Under the pieces are notes generated by a model that made no database searches, was not told the DNA's origin, and saw only the letters and a program-made list of their open reading frames with translations. The translations under genes and the position numbers were made by a program. A stretch of DNA of 64,000 nt from assembly GCA_963664225.1 (NCBI GenBank), contig OY760937.1, positions 64,001 to 128,000 of the forward strand. Direction: 5' to 3'. This DNA is from Verrucomicrobiia bacterium. Its GTDB lineage: Bacteria > Verrucomicrobiota > Verrucomicrobiia > Limisphaerales > UBA1319. Shown piece after piece: positions 22,201 through 30,145 of the stretch (its first letter is position 1; every line of letters begins with the position of its first letter).

Positions 22201-25193
22201 AAGCCAACGCGGACTATGTGCCTGCCAAAGGCACGCTCACCTTCCAGGAAGGCGAGACATTCCAGACGTTCCTTGTGCCTTTGATCGACAACAATCAGGT
22301 GACCGGGGATCTGACCGTTAACCTGGTGCTTTCGAACTTCGTGGGCGCTCAAGTGGGTAATCAGCCCACGGCGACCATCGTCATTCAGAACAACGACAGC
22401 GAAATTGGATTCAGCCTGCCCGGTTACAGCGTGAATAAGAACGTGTCGGGACGCAACGCGGTGATCACCGTGCTGCGGAATGGAGCGACCAATACCCTCG
22501 CGCAGGTCAGTTTCCTGACTGCGGGCATCACGGCGGTGACCAATGTCAACTACCTGCCTGTGGCCGGAGTGCTGACGTTCAACCCCGGAGAGACCTTGAA
22601 GACCTTTGCCGTGCCGATCCTCACGAACAACCTGGTCGAGGGCGACAAATTGGTGCGCCTCATCCTGTCCAATCCAACGGGCAACGCCGTGCTGGGGCAG
22701 GCCTCATCGGTGCTGACCATTGTCGATGACAATTATGCGCCCGGTGTCTTGAACTTCTCCGCCGGTAATTACTATGTGGACGAAAACGGTGTGGCTGCTT
22801 TGATCACGGTCACGCGCACCAACGGCAGTTCGGGCATCGTCCAGGTCAGCTTCGCCACACGGGATGGCTCCGCCGTCAGCGGAATCGATTACGTGGGAAC
22901 GAACGGCATCGTGGCTTTTGCCGATGGCGAGTCAACGAAGTCATTCCTGGTTCCGGTCCTCAACGATTTGATCATGGAGGACGACAAGACCCTGGATGTC
23001 ATATTGTCTAATCCGATTGGGGGCGCCAAACTGGGCAACCTCACCAACTCGATTCTCACTGTGGTGAATAACAACTACATCTACGGGAACATTGTTCTCA
23101 GCTCGGCGAGTTTCATCGTGGTTGAGGCAAAAACGAATGTGGTCGTCACGGTTTCGCGGAAAAACGGAACGGCGGGCATCGTGAAGGTCGATTATTTGAC
23201 GACCGACGGGACGGCGATTAACGGCATCAACTATACGACCACCAGGGGTTCTCTGATTTTTGCCGATGGCGAAACGACCAAGACCGTGGTGATCCCGATT
23301 CTCAAGGATAATCAGGTGAGTCTGGCGAACAAGACCTTCACGTTTGCCGTGCAGAATCCGGTTGGCGGCGCGACCCTGGGGTATCCCCGGTCGAGCCAGA
23401 TCAGCATCGTGGATTCAGACCTCATGATTGGGTTCGAGACGGACAAGTTGACGGTGCGCGAGGATGCGGGCAAGGCCACGCTGAATGTGAGCCGATCCTT
23501 TGGCGGACCCGCGACCCTGACTGTGGATTACGCGACGGCGGACGGCACGGGACATGACGGCACGAACTACGCCGCAGTGTCCGGTCGCTTAATCTTCAGC
23601 ATTGGCGAATACTCCAAGACGGTGACCGTGCCGATCATCAACAACGACCTGATTGAGGGCAACAAGACGGTAAAAGTGGTGCTGTCCAATCCATCGGACC
23701 GCGCGGTCCTGGGCACCAACACAGCCACCATCACCGTCCTGGACGATGACGGCAGCCTGATTGTTCCTTCTGGATTTGCGCTGGTGGGCGAAGAGGCGCC
23801 TGCGAACGGAGTGATCGATCCCAACGAGAGGGTGACCATCGAGTTCGGATTGCGCAATGTGGGCCGCCGCGATACGACCAACTTGTGGGTGACATTGCTG
23901 GCCACCAACGGTGTGACCCTGCCGAGCACCAATCAGAATTACGGCGTGCTTGTCGCCGGCGGACCTTTGCTGGCGGTGCCGTTCACCTTCACGGCCGTAG
24001 GACAAACGGGCGCGACCATTGTCGCCACGTTCGATCTGCGAGATGGCGACATGCCTCTGGGACAAACCACGTTCGCATTTTCACTGGGCAGTTCCGCGGC
24101 TTCGTTTGCGAATACCGGATCGGTGGTCATTCTCGATCATGCCGCAGCGGTTCCGTATCCGGCCAAAATCACCGTATCTGGAATGCCTGGACGCGTGAGC
24201 AAGGTGGTGGCCACACTCGATGGCTTTGGACACGGCTATCCCGGGGATGTGAACGTGCTCCTGGTGAGTCCGACGGGCGAATCCGCCATACTCATGGCCG
24301 GGGCGGGGGATGGAATCACGGTCACGAATCTGGTTCTGACCTTCGACGATGCCGCCGCCACCCTGATGCCCAGCACCAATCGGCTGACGAGCGGGACCTA
24401 CAGACCCTCGAATTTCAAACAGGGCGTTCGTTTCTCCAGCCCGGCGCCGACAGCGCCCTACGGCAGCGAATTGTCCGCCTTCAAGGGAATCAATCCCAAC
24501 GGCACATGGTCCTTGTATGTGCTCGACGACACCCCGTTGGATTCGGGCGCCATTACACGTGGCTGGCGGTTGAACCTGACCACTGTCAAAGACTTGAACA
24601 ATACGGCTGATCTGGCGATTGGTATGGAAGGTGTTCCCTCCCAGACCCAGGTCGGCGCCAATATTCACTATACACTGTTTGCGACGAACTTGGGGCCGTT
24701 AACGGCAACAGGTGCCACCATCACCAACGATCTGCCCGCTGGATTAAGCTTCGTCTCGGCGAATCCAAGCAAGGGAAGCGTCGCCTTGGTTAACCGGCAA
24801 TTGGTGCTCAGCTTCCTGGTGCTGACGAATGGTGAGTTTGCGAAGGCGGATATAACGGTCGCTGTCACCAACGCGGGAACCATGAACTTCAAGGCGCGGA
24901 TTGGTGGATCTGAGACGGATCTGCGTCCCAGCAACGATCAGACGAGTGTGACGATCGTTGCCATAAATCCCGAACCTCCCAAAGTGGGATCGGCATCGAT
25001 GTTGCCCGATGGACAATTCCAGCTCACGCTTACCGGCGTGGCGGGTCAGGGCTTCCTCATCGAAAAATCGATCGACCTGAAGTCGTGGAATCCAGTGTTA
25101 ACCAACACATTCCAAGGCAGCCTGTATCAATTCATTGATCCCAGCGCGACGAATACGCCCTATCAGTTCTACCGGGCACGTTCCAATCCGTAG
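16269..25193 (+). CDS. Giant Calx-beta/Delta-60 repeat protein with proprotein-convertase P-domain, DUF11-like domain and C-terminal domain
   Basis: Same repeat types as the upstream gene; P-domain (HGYPGDVNVLLVSP...NPNGTWSLYVLD); ADLAI...YTLFATNLGP.TATG..ITNDLPAGLSFVS (DUF11-like). Start may be 16269 or 16284. Confidence 0.9.
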   Translation: MRTSEMKALVKYGRPQLWSAACAAVLLLLTVAGLHAQTTNVPPAVVQFASATYTVEENTPGYAVVTVRRTGDLFGDINSVDYTATDGTAVGGIDFLPVSGTLEFFPGQNYQSFFIWIFDDFIQNGNRTINLTLSNPVGTNLVMGAQSAAVLTIIDDESANNYSSSGVVEVAPGNSLNIGSNRGDYEITQEEWRWRDSDDGPRGAQVTIVRRGGTKGKVLVDFYTTTNIVPSYVSSIYSYYYDFFYGYAGGYALPGVHFIPTNGTVALEDFQTSTNILIKIPPISYGHNFTTNTFGVTNVDFTFTIPPSSFGVGLTNLRAAPEEDPSLIQPVLGVSVRNVNVIDNTDGFSFIRMHHVVDEGVGIANVYVYRSADLRESVTVRAWVNDRSSGSSEGDHQWNSFPLEAESDYASAFLDYLPPGSGAWWRAITPADQSPGSGDCVFTWPALDIGDNQGCKVIRIPIIQDNLVEFAEDMKIELYQREGDVGFINQWCAYSTLTIKFDDQVAGAADRDFNRENDALTSPPYNLVPGANKPVQAIVVQPDGKIVIGGDFTAFNTTPRNSIARVNQDGQLDTSFNPGLGADNYVSAVALQPDGRILIGGGFTSVNASLRYGIARLLPNGAVDPTFNPGIGADGPVRAVSLQSDGKILIGGEFIYYNGTNRNYLARLNSDGSLDTTFDPGDGPNGPVYSMALTAGAMNINRQASGGQAEDRFPVDSGSMQGSITVTYDFLTIPDTLRIYNGNDLLLDTGLINGVGTVTVPYSGSSSYLTVVINEGNNSSEGTQWRYSLAINPVVDERPVIGGNFTSFNGIEMNYVTRLNPDGSVDQSFTPGTGPDDVVYAVAKQGNKVVIGGAFTSVDIRNRRGVARLNEDGTLDTTYDTGSGTDNTVYSITVQANGQAVLGGVFNAFNGTRRIGLLRLNLDGTLDTSFMDTAYNQFAGVIAPLSRENPLTQPNFISAVAPYRQTSASVFVVTNITTAGETNFSYVTNYTYADYVYVGGLFKRMGGGYDRNNELSRYNFARVIGGATPGPGNIQFAAPNYTIDENGGRIYITMVRTNGSLGAIAANVATLDPPAGPGVAVGGRDYYSTNRNVAWTSTYGQGCGDDRQVSSARMGPSNRTVDTNQALCDFDPHADGFAPARFSNPDSDDFFVTMIDNSTIDGDRVLNLKITQPTSTLTLGGIPIPLGFALGKVDATLNIVDNDMIPGTLGFSTKFYSIIENGKRAAIGVTRVGGSGGDVSIAYTTSDGTAKARKDYTATQGRLYFASGQTTNTIYVPIIDNAIAELDKTINLTLSDPSGFPANWPVSARLDPNRATSVLSIIDDDFAPGRMSFLQPDFTVGVNDGTATITVKRSGGALGDLRVSFATSDGTAVNGVNYLGTNGTLFWVDGDISPKTFTVPILNNFEVGTNRTINIALSNSYVNNQFNTNALGLTSATLTIQNNNSYGVLGFSRPAYVVDEKSAQAIVTVLRSAGLSGIISVDYTTANVNATAGVNYRTARGTLTFGVGEASKTFVVPILDDGVLTGDKVLRLSLSNAVVVALGTNSPSLMGYQSTAQVTIVDRELSNTPAGSLDRSFVSAEGADGFIYGLALQADGNLLLGGDFTKINSVNKNRVARLTTAGALDFSFDVGSGPNGSVRSIQVQNDNRILVGGLFTTFNNINRNYITRLNVDGANDPTFNPGAGADNPIYATALQDDSRILVGGDFATFNGVSRRHIARLNTNGVVDVTFDPGIGTDGSIYALAVQPDGKILIAGDFNTYNNQAIKRIARLNSNGALDASFNPGVGANAAIRALCLQSDGKMLIGGLFTNVSGIALSAVARLNSDGTVDSAFHPGAGADNAVYTIALQDDGKIVLGGDFLHFGGINRSRLTRLNPDGTPDPTINIGTGANAFVSSLLVQPDRKIVFVGGFTSFDGNPKKYIARIEGGAMADSGSLEFSSSIYRVMENETNAVVTVRRTGGTLGQVWVNYETLLAGSAKANADYVPAKGTLTFQEGETFQTFLVPLIDNNQVTGDLTVNLVLSNFVGAQVGNQPTATIVIQNNDSEIGFSLPGYSVNKNVSGRNAVITVLRNGATNTLAQVSFLTAGITAVTNVNYLPVAGVLTFNPGETLKTFAVPILTNNLVEGDKLVRLILSNPTGNAVLGQASSVLTIVDDNYAPGVLNFSAGNYYVDENGVAALITVTRTNGSSGIVQVSFATRDGSAVSGIDYVGTNGIVAFADGESTKSFLVPVLNDLIMEDDKTLDVILSNPIGGAKLGNLTNSILTVVNNNYIYGNIVLSSASFIVVEAKTNVVVTVSRKNGTAGIVKVDYLTTDGTAINGINYTTTRGSLIFADGETTKTVVIPILKDNQVSLANKTFTFAVQNPVGGATLGYPRSSQISIVDSDLMIGFETDKLTVREDAGKATLNVSRSFGGPATLTVDYATADGTGHDGTNYAAVSGRLIFSIGEYSKTVTVPIINNDLIEGNKTVKVVLSNPSDRAVLGTNTATITVLDDDGSLIVPSGFALVGEEAPANGVIDPNERVTIEFGLRNVGRRDTTNLWVTLLATNGVTLPSTNQNYGVLVAGGPLLAVPFTFTAVGQTGATIVATFDLRDGDMPLGQTTFAFSLGSSAASFANTGSVVILDHAAAVPYPAKITVSGMPGRVSKVVATLDGFGHGYPGDVNVLLVSPTGESAILMAGAGDGITVTNLVLTFDDAAATLMPSTNRLTSGTYRPSNFKQGVRFSSPAPTAPYGSELSAFKGINPNGTWSLYVLDDTPLDSGAITRGWRLNLTTVKDLNNTADLAIGMEGVPSQTQVGANIHYTLFATNLGPLTATGATITNDLPAGLSFVSANPSKGSVALVNRQLVLSFLVLTNGEFAKADITVAVTNAGTMNFKARIGGSETDLRPSNDQTSVTIVAINPEPPKVGSASMLPDGQFQLTLTGVAGQGFLIEKSIDLKSWNPVLTNTFQGSLYQFIDPSATNTPYQFYRARSNP

Positions 25194-25210
25194 GCATCAA
25201 GTGGGATGTC

Positions 25211-25246
25211 AAAAAGGCGCTCTCGACGTGGGAGCGCCTTTTTTTT
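25211..25246 (+). terminator. Rho-independent terminator (probably bidirectional)
   Basis: aaaaaggcgctctc-gacgt-gggagcgcctttttttt directly after the stop codon of the second giant gene. Confidence 0.85.
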
Positions 25247-25335
25247 GGCGTCCAGGGATGAGGCTCCATTGAAAAAACGGTGGAATGGAACTTGCTTCCA
25301 GTTCAAGGCATTGGGTAATGAATCGTAATATTATC

Positions 25336-28059
25336 ATGAAGACAGGTTTGGTCCATTGTTGCTCAGTAGGGTGGCATTCATTTCCTTGCGTTTCTTCCAA
25401 TTACGCCAGCCGCCTCGGCCGGAACATGCTGGCTTTGATGTTGGCGCTTTCATTTCTGGCCATTGATTCTGCGAGGGCGGCGGAAACGGTGTATGAATTT
25501 CGGATGCCAGGGATGAATCGTTTTGCGGCGGCGCCCGGTTCTTCGTTGACGCCCCTTTCTTCCGAGCCGCAACGCTGGGTCAGGGCTTTCGGGCGGAACG
25601 GGCGCGATGAAACCGTGGAATTTGGGGATCGCGTGGTCCTGCAACTGGCTCCGAACGTCAATTTCGCCCGTGTACTGAATGGGAGTCCACTGCGGTTGAC
25701 ACGGTCGTTCACGCCCGGTCTGAATGTTTTGCAGGCAGCCGATGCGCCTGCCGCCATGCGGGAAGCTCACCGGTTGAGCGCCCTGGCGGGTGTCGAAGTG
25801 TGTTATCCGATTGTAAGGAAGACTTTGGCCAAGAGTTATAAATATGTTAAAAAGCCAAACGATCCCTATTTCCAGCATCAATGGAATTTCGAGAACCGCG
25901 ATGGCACGGGGGCTTCGGCGGGAGCGGACACAAACATGCGCGGCGCCTGGGCGGTGGGGCGCGGCGCGGGCGTGTTGCTGGCCGTGGTCGATGACGGCAT
26001 TGAACTGACGCATCCTGATCTGGCGGACCGTGTGGCGGGAGCGCCCCATTATAATTTTTACGAAACCTCCACCAATGGATTGCCCGAGTCCGACCTTAAC
26101 GGGCACGGGACCGCCGTGGCGGGACTGGCCGGCGCCACAGGGAACAACGGACGGGGGATCAGCGGCGCGGCCCCGGAGGTTCAATTGGCCAGTTGGGTTA
26201 TATTCGGGCCTAATGACGAATCTCCCGCCGACGACGTAATGGCGGCGATGTTCGAATACAAGATGGATATGGTCTCGGTGCAAAACCATAGCTGGGCGCA
26301 TGCGGGCACGGCCTTGACCGACTCGACACCTTTGGAAAAGGCCGCTATTTCCAATGCGGTCCATAACGGCCGGGGAGGGCGCGGGGTGTTTCTTGCACGC
26401 GCCGCCGGCAATGGCCGGACGGATTCGAGCGGACAGGATATTTTGCAGGATGCCAACGACGATGGATACAACACCACGCCGCTGGTCTCCGTGGTTGCCG
26501 CAGTAAGATCGGATGGCCAGATTGCCAGCTATAGCAACCAGGGCGCGAACATCCTGGTGGCGGCTCCGAGTGACGACGGCGACCCTTCGTTTCCAACGAT
26601 TTTTTCGACCGACCGGCTCGGGGACAAGGGTTATAACAGGATTAGCTTTACCAACGACCTGGCGGACTATTGTTTCGACAGCAACGGTTTCGGCGGAACC
26701 TCTGCGGCCACGCCGCAAATTGCGGGGCTCGCGGCCCTTCTTTTCTCCATTAATCCGGAACTAACCTACCGGGACGTGCAGCAGATCCTGGCGTTGTCCG
26801 CGCGGCATTTCGACGCCGGCGATCCGGAAGTGCAAACCAATGGGGCGGGCTTTGCCATCAGTCACAACGACGGTTTTGGAGTTCCTGATGGCGGCGCGGC
26901 GGCGCGGTTGGCGCGAATTTGGAAATTGCGGCCGGCGCAAACCAACGTGACACTGACCTCAAGCAATGCTTACGCCATTGCAACCGGTGGCCTGCGGTTG
27001 CTCATCACCGGGGAGGACATTCCTGACAATATTACCAACGTGGCGTCGGAGGGGGCGAATGCGAGCTACCCGGACGCTCCCACGGGCGTGTTTCCGCTGG
27101 TGGACGTGGGGCGGGCCACAATCCAGCTTACAAACGATTTGCGCGGCAAGGCGGCATTGATACAGCGGGGCGATGTGAACTTTTCCGTAAAAATCGACTT
27201 TGCCGCACAAGCCGGCGCGGCTTTGGCCGTCGTTTACGACAACCGGGACGGCACCAATTTGCATCACATGGGCGGAACGGACCGGGCTGCGATTCCCTCG
27301 GTATTCATTGACCAGAATGATGGTGAGGCGATTTTAGCCCAGGTCAACCAGGGCAAAACGGTCAATGCCCAGTTCCAACTGGTCAAAACAGAGTATCAAT
27401 TCGAAGTGACCAACGCGTTGACTTTGGAGCATGTGGCGGTGCGGTGCGGTTTCGATTATCCCTTCCGTCCGGACCTGCGGGTCACCCTTGTTTCGCCCCA
27501 CGGCACAAAGAGCATTTTGCAGCATTACGACTCGGATGCCTCCGCCGCACCCACGGACTGGACCTACATTTCGACACAACATTTTTTTGAAGGCAGCATT
27601 GGAACATGGACCTTGAGTGTGAGCGGGGCCTCCGACCAGACCACTGGCAGTGTTAACTTTGCAAGCCTGACCCTTTACGGCGTCGGCATTGAAGATTCGG
27701 ATGCAGACGGCCTGGATGACGTTTGGGAGATGGCCCACTTCCGCACCCTGGCGTATGGACCTGCGGATGACCCGGATAAGGACGGATATTCGAATGCGCG
27801 GGAATATTTGATGGGAACCAGTCCCAGGGTCAAGGATGAGCCGTTGGCCATCGAAATGTCATTTTGGAACGATTCCACTTTGCGTTTAAGCTGGCCCGGT
27901 GTGGCCAGTCAACCTTACGAGATATGGTCCGGAGACTCGTCAATGGAGATGTCGTTCCAAACCAATGTGACTGGCCGTTTTCCAGAAACGGAATGGTTTA
28001 ATGCATTCACCAACACTGGAAGCCGGTTCTTTGAGATTCGCACCTTAAAGACGCCTTGA
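25336..28059 (+). CDS. Secreted subtilisin/kexin-like S8 serine protease with PA domain, P-domain, TSP3-like motif and C-terminal domain
   Basis: Catalytic motifs VVDDG, HGTAVAG, AAGNG, GTSAATP; PA domain (GKAALIQRG..FSVK..AAQAGA); P-domain (LEHV...DLRVTLVSP...GTWTLSV). Start uncertain (25285/25336/25426). Confidence 0.92.
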   Translation: MKTGLVHCCSVGWHSFPCVSSNYASRLGRNMLALMLALSFLAIDSARAAETVYEFRMPGMNRFAAAPGSSLTPLSSEPQRWVRAFGRNGRDETVEFGDRVVLQLAPNVNFARVLNGSPLRLTRSFTPGLNVLQAADAPAAMREAHRLSALAGVEVCYPIVRKTLAKSYKYVKKPNDPYFQHQWNFENRDGTGASAGADTNMRGAWAVGRGAGVLLAVVDDGIELTHPDLADRVAGAPHYNFYETSTNGLPESDLNGHGTAVAGLAGATGNNGRGISGAAPEVQLASWVIFGPNDESPADDVMAAMFEYKMDMVSVQNHSWAHAGTALTDSTPLEKAAISNAVHNGRGGRGVFLARAAGNGRTDSSGQDILQDANDDGYNTTPLVSVVAAVRSDGQIASYSNQGANILVAAPSDDGDPSFPTIFSTDRLGDKGYNRISFTNDLADYCFDSNGFGGTSAATPQIAGLAALLFSINPELTYRDVQQILALSARHFDAGDPEVQTNGAGFAISHNDGFGVPDGGAAARLARIWKLRPAQTNVTLTSSNAYAIATGGLRLLITGEDIPDNITNVASEGANASYPDAPTGVFPLVDVGRATIQLTNDLRGKAALIQRGDVNFSVKIDFAAQAGAALAVVYDNRDGTNLHHMGGTDRAAIPSVFIDQNDGEAILAQVNQGKTVNAQFQLVKTEYQFEVTNALTLEHVAVRCGFDYPFRPDLRVTLVSPHGTKSILQHYDSDASAAPTDWTYISTQHFFEGSIGTWTLSVSGASDQTTGSVNFASLTLYGVGIEDSDADGLDDVWEMAHFRTLAYGPADDPDKDGYSNAREYLMGTSPRVKDEPLAIEMSFWNDSTLRLSWPGVASQPYEIWSGDSSMEMSFQTNVTGRFPETEWFNAFTNTGSRFFEIRTLKTP

Positions 28060-28148
28060 TGGAAGTGTTGGAGACCCGCAGCCGGCATTCGGTTCTGCGG
28101 AAGCCGAAATGCTTGAGGGGAATTTACGCGGCCACTGACCGTCTGAAA

Positions 28149-28180
28149 GCAAAAAGCCACCATTTTAATGGTGGCTTTGC
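28149..28180. terminator. Bidirectional terminator between convergent genes
   Basis: gcaaaaagccaccat-ttta-atggtggctttgc hairpin. Confidence 0.75.
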
Positions 28181-28220
28181 CAATTATGTAATTAATACCT
28201 GGTGCGCCAACTGAACGACA

Positions 28221-29012
28221 TCACCTGATCAAAATCGCATCCTGCAAACGCTTCAAATCACGGTCATTCGCGCGTTTTGGCGGATAAAAGTCCAGTTGCT
28301 TGATCGTTGGCGTGGTGGGTTCCAACCATTTCCAAATTTCCGCGTGGCCATCCGCAAAGGACAGACTGCCACTTTTGTTATGTCTCGCGGAGGGCGCATT
28401 CTGAAAATCGCTGGGATTGGTTCCCACCGGAATGGCGAAATAACCGTCATCGATGGTGTAATCGTTCTCATCAATGAAGACCATGCACCGGACCGGATCC
28501 GGTTTCTTGATGTCGGTCAACTTGCGAAAATCGGGATAAGTCGGGCCTTGGACCCAATCCACATCGCTGTTCATTCGTCCATTCATGGAGAAGCTGCGAA
28601 CTTTGGAAATAGTTGTGGGAGCGTTGTTGATGACGGCTGCTTTATCTGCGGGACAACGATAGGTATCGAGCGCGGCATTGTATTTATAAAGCAGGCCAGA
28701 TCGGATATCGCTCTGGTTGGTAACGCCAGGGAATGCGGCCACATTGTTTCTGATCCACGCGTAGGTGTCGCTGATATGGTTGGGCACCAGCACCTCGTTG
28801 TAGTCTCCCGAATAAAGAACCCATCCCATGGTCAGTTGCTTCAAGTTGCTGATGCATCGGATGCCGAGGGTTTTGGACTTTGCCTTGCTAAGGGCGGGCA
28901 ACAACATGCCCGCCAGAATGGCAATAATGGCGATAACCACGAGCAGTTCGATGAGCGTAAACCCGGAGCGCCGGGAGGGCTGTAAATTCTGAAATGATTT
29001 TGACAGGGTCAT
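28221..29012 (-). CDS. Prepilin-type N-terminal cleavage/methylation protein (pseudopilin-like, H-X9-DG)
   Basis: [44 protein letters not shown]. Confidence 0.92.
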   Translation of the reverse strand: MTLSKSFQNLQPSRRSGFTLIELLVVIAIIAILAGMLLPALSKAKSKTLGIRCISNLKQLTMGWVLYSGDYNEVLVPNHISDTYAWIRNNVAAFPGVTNQSDIRSGLLYKYNAALDTYRCPADKAAVINNAPTTISKVRSFSMNGRMNSDVDWVQGPTYPDFRKLTDIKKPDPVRCMVFIDENDYTIDDGYFAIPVGTNPSDFQNAPSARHNKSGSLSFADGHAEIWKWLEPTTPTIKQLDFYPPKRANDRDLKRLQDAILIR

Positions 29013-29511
29013 AATTACACACATTTGGTTTACAGGATTCGCCCTATATCTAACTTAAATCCCGTTGGCCGTCCTTCACAATGACGCCTCATATTAGGAT
29101 TTTATGGCCAGTGCTCACCGCAAGTTTCTTTGACCGCTCTCAAGCTAAACCACGATGTATTTTCACGCAATGGGGCTTTTCAATGTCGATTCATTCGGGG
29201 AGGAACGATAATCTTCCAAAGGAGTGAAAAGCTGCAACAGGTTGGGGTGGAGATTCTACAATGGAAGCGTGGCGGCGGATTGCCGTTGTGCGTGCCTTGT
29301 GTTGCGATCTCATAAGCCACCGCTTCGAGACGGGGGACATGTCGGGCTGAATCGTTAAACCGCGTGCAATGGCTCTTTGCCTCCTGTCGCAGGGTCGGGG
29401 AAATTTGTGTGCGTGACAAATTTCCGGGATTCAAAAACACCGCGCTCCACTGGTGGCAAAATGGGAAACACAGCGTTTGATCCGGGCATTGGCTCTGATA
29501 CATTGAGAACA

Positions 29512-29982
29512 ATGCATCCGACCCTCTGGCTTCGCGCGAAGACCGAGCGGCTTTTTCGAATCAAGGACACGCCGCACGCCCTGGCGCTCGGTGTGGCCGT
29601 GGGGATCTTCTTTGGATTCGTTCCGCTGGTGGGACTTAAGACTTTGCTCGCGCTCGGTGTCACGCGGTTGTTGCGCGGCAACTTGCTGGCGGCGGCGATA
29701 GCGGTAACGCTGCATGACGTGATGCTTCCGCTCGCACCGCTTTTGCTGCGCTGGGAATACGATCTCGGCTTTTGGATCTTGAGCCATCCGCACGCGTTCC
29801 CGCCACGCCTTCATTTGATCCATCAAAGTCCGTCCGCCTGGCTCCACTGGTCCACCTTTTTAACCGTGGGCCGACCGTTGCTGGTCGGCTCCATGGTGTT
29901 CGCCGTGCCTTTTGCGCTCGCAACGTATTATCTGACGCTCTGGTGGGTCAACCGCAGGCGTCGGAGGGATGTTGCGGTTTAA
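29512..29982 (+). CDS. DUF2062 family membrane protein
   Basis: DTPHALALGVAVGIFFGFVP motif and hydrophobic helices. Confidence 0.85.
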   Translation: MHPTLWLRAKTERLFRIKDTPHALALGVAVGIFFGFVPLVGLKTLLALGVTRLLRGNLLAAAIAVTLHDVMLPLAPLLLRWEYDLGFWILSHPHAFPPRLHLIHQSPSAWLHWSTFLTVGRPLLVGSMVFAVPFALATYYLTLWWVNRRRRRDVAV

Positions 29983-30145
29983 CCCGAAATCCGAAATACG
30001 AATGGTCAAGATGATGCAATGCTTTGAGGCAGCCATGATTTGCAATCGGCGAGGGTGTATTAAATCAATACTCCACAGCCGGTTTCAAACCATGGATGGC
30101 CAAATGATTGCGTCAGATGGGCCGTTCCTATTTCGGATTTCGGGT
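29982..30145. mobile_element. 164-bp MITE-like element with 17-bp perfect terminal inverted repeats and probable TTA target duplication
   Basis: acccgaaatccgaaata (29982-29998) is the reverse complement of tatttcggatttcgggt (30129-30145); TTA at 29979-29981 and, once the intron is removed, at 32121-32123. Confidence 0.7.
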
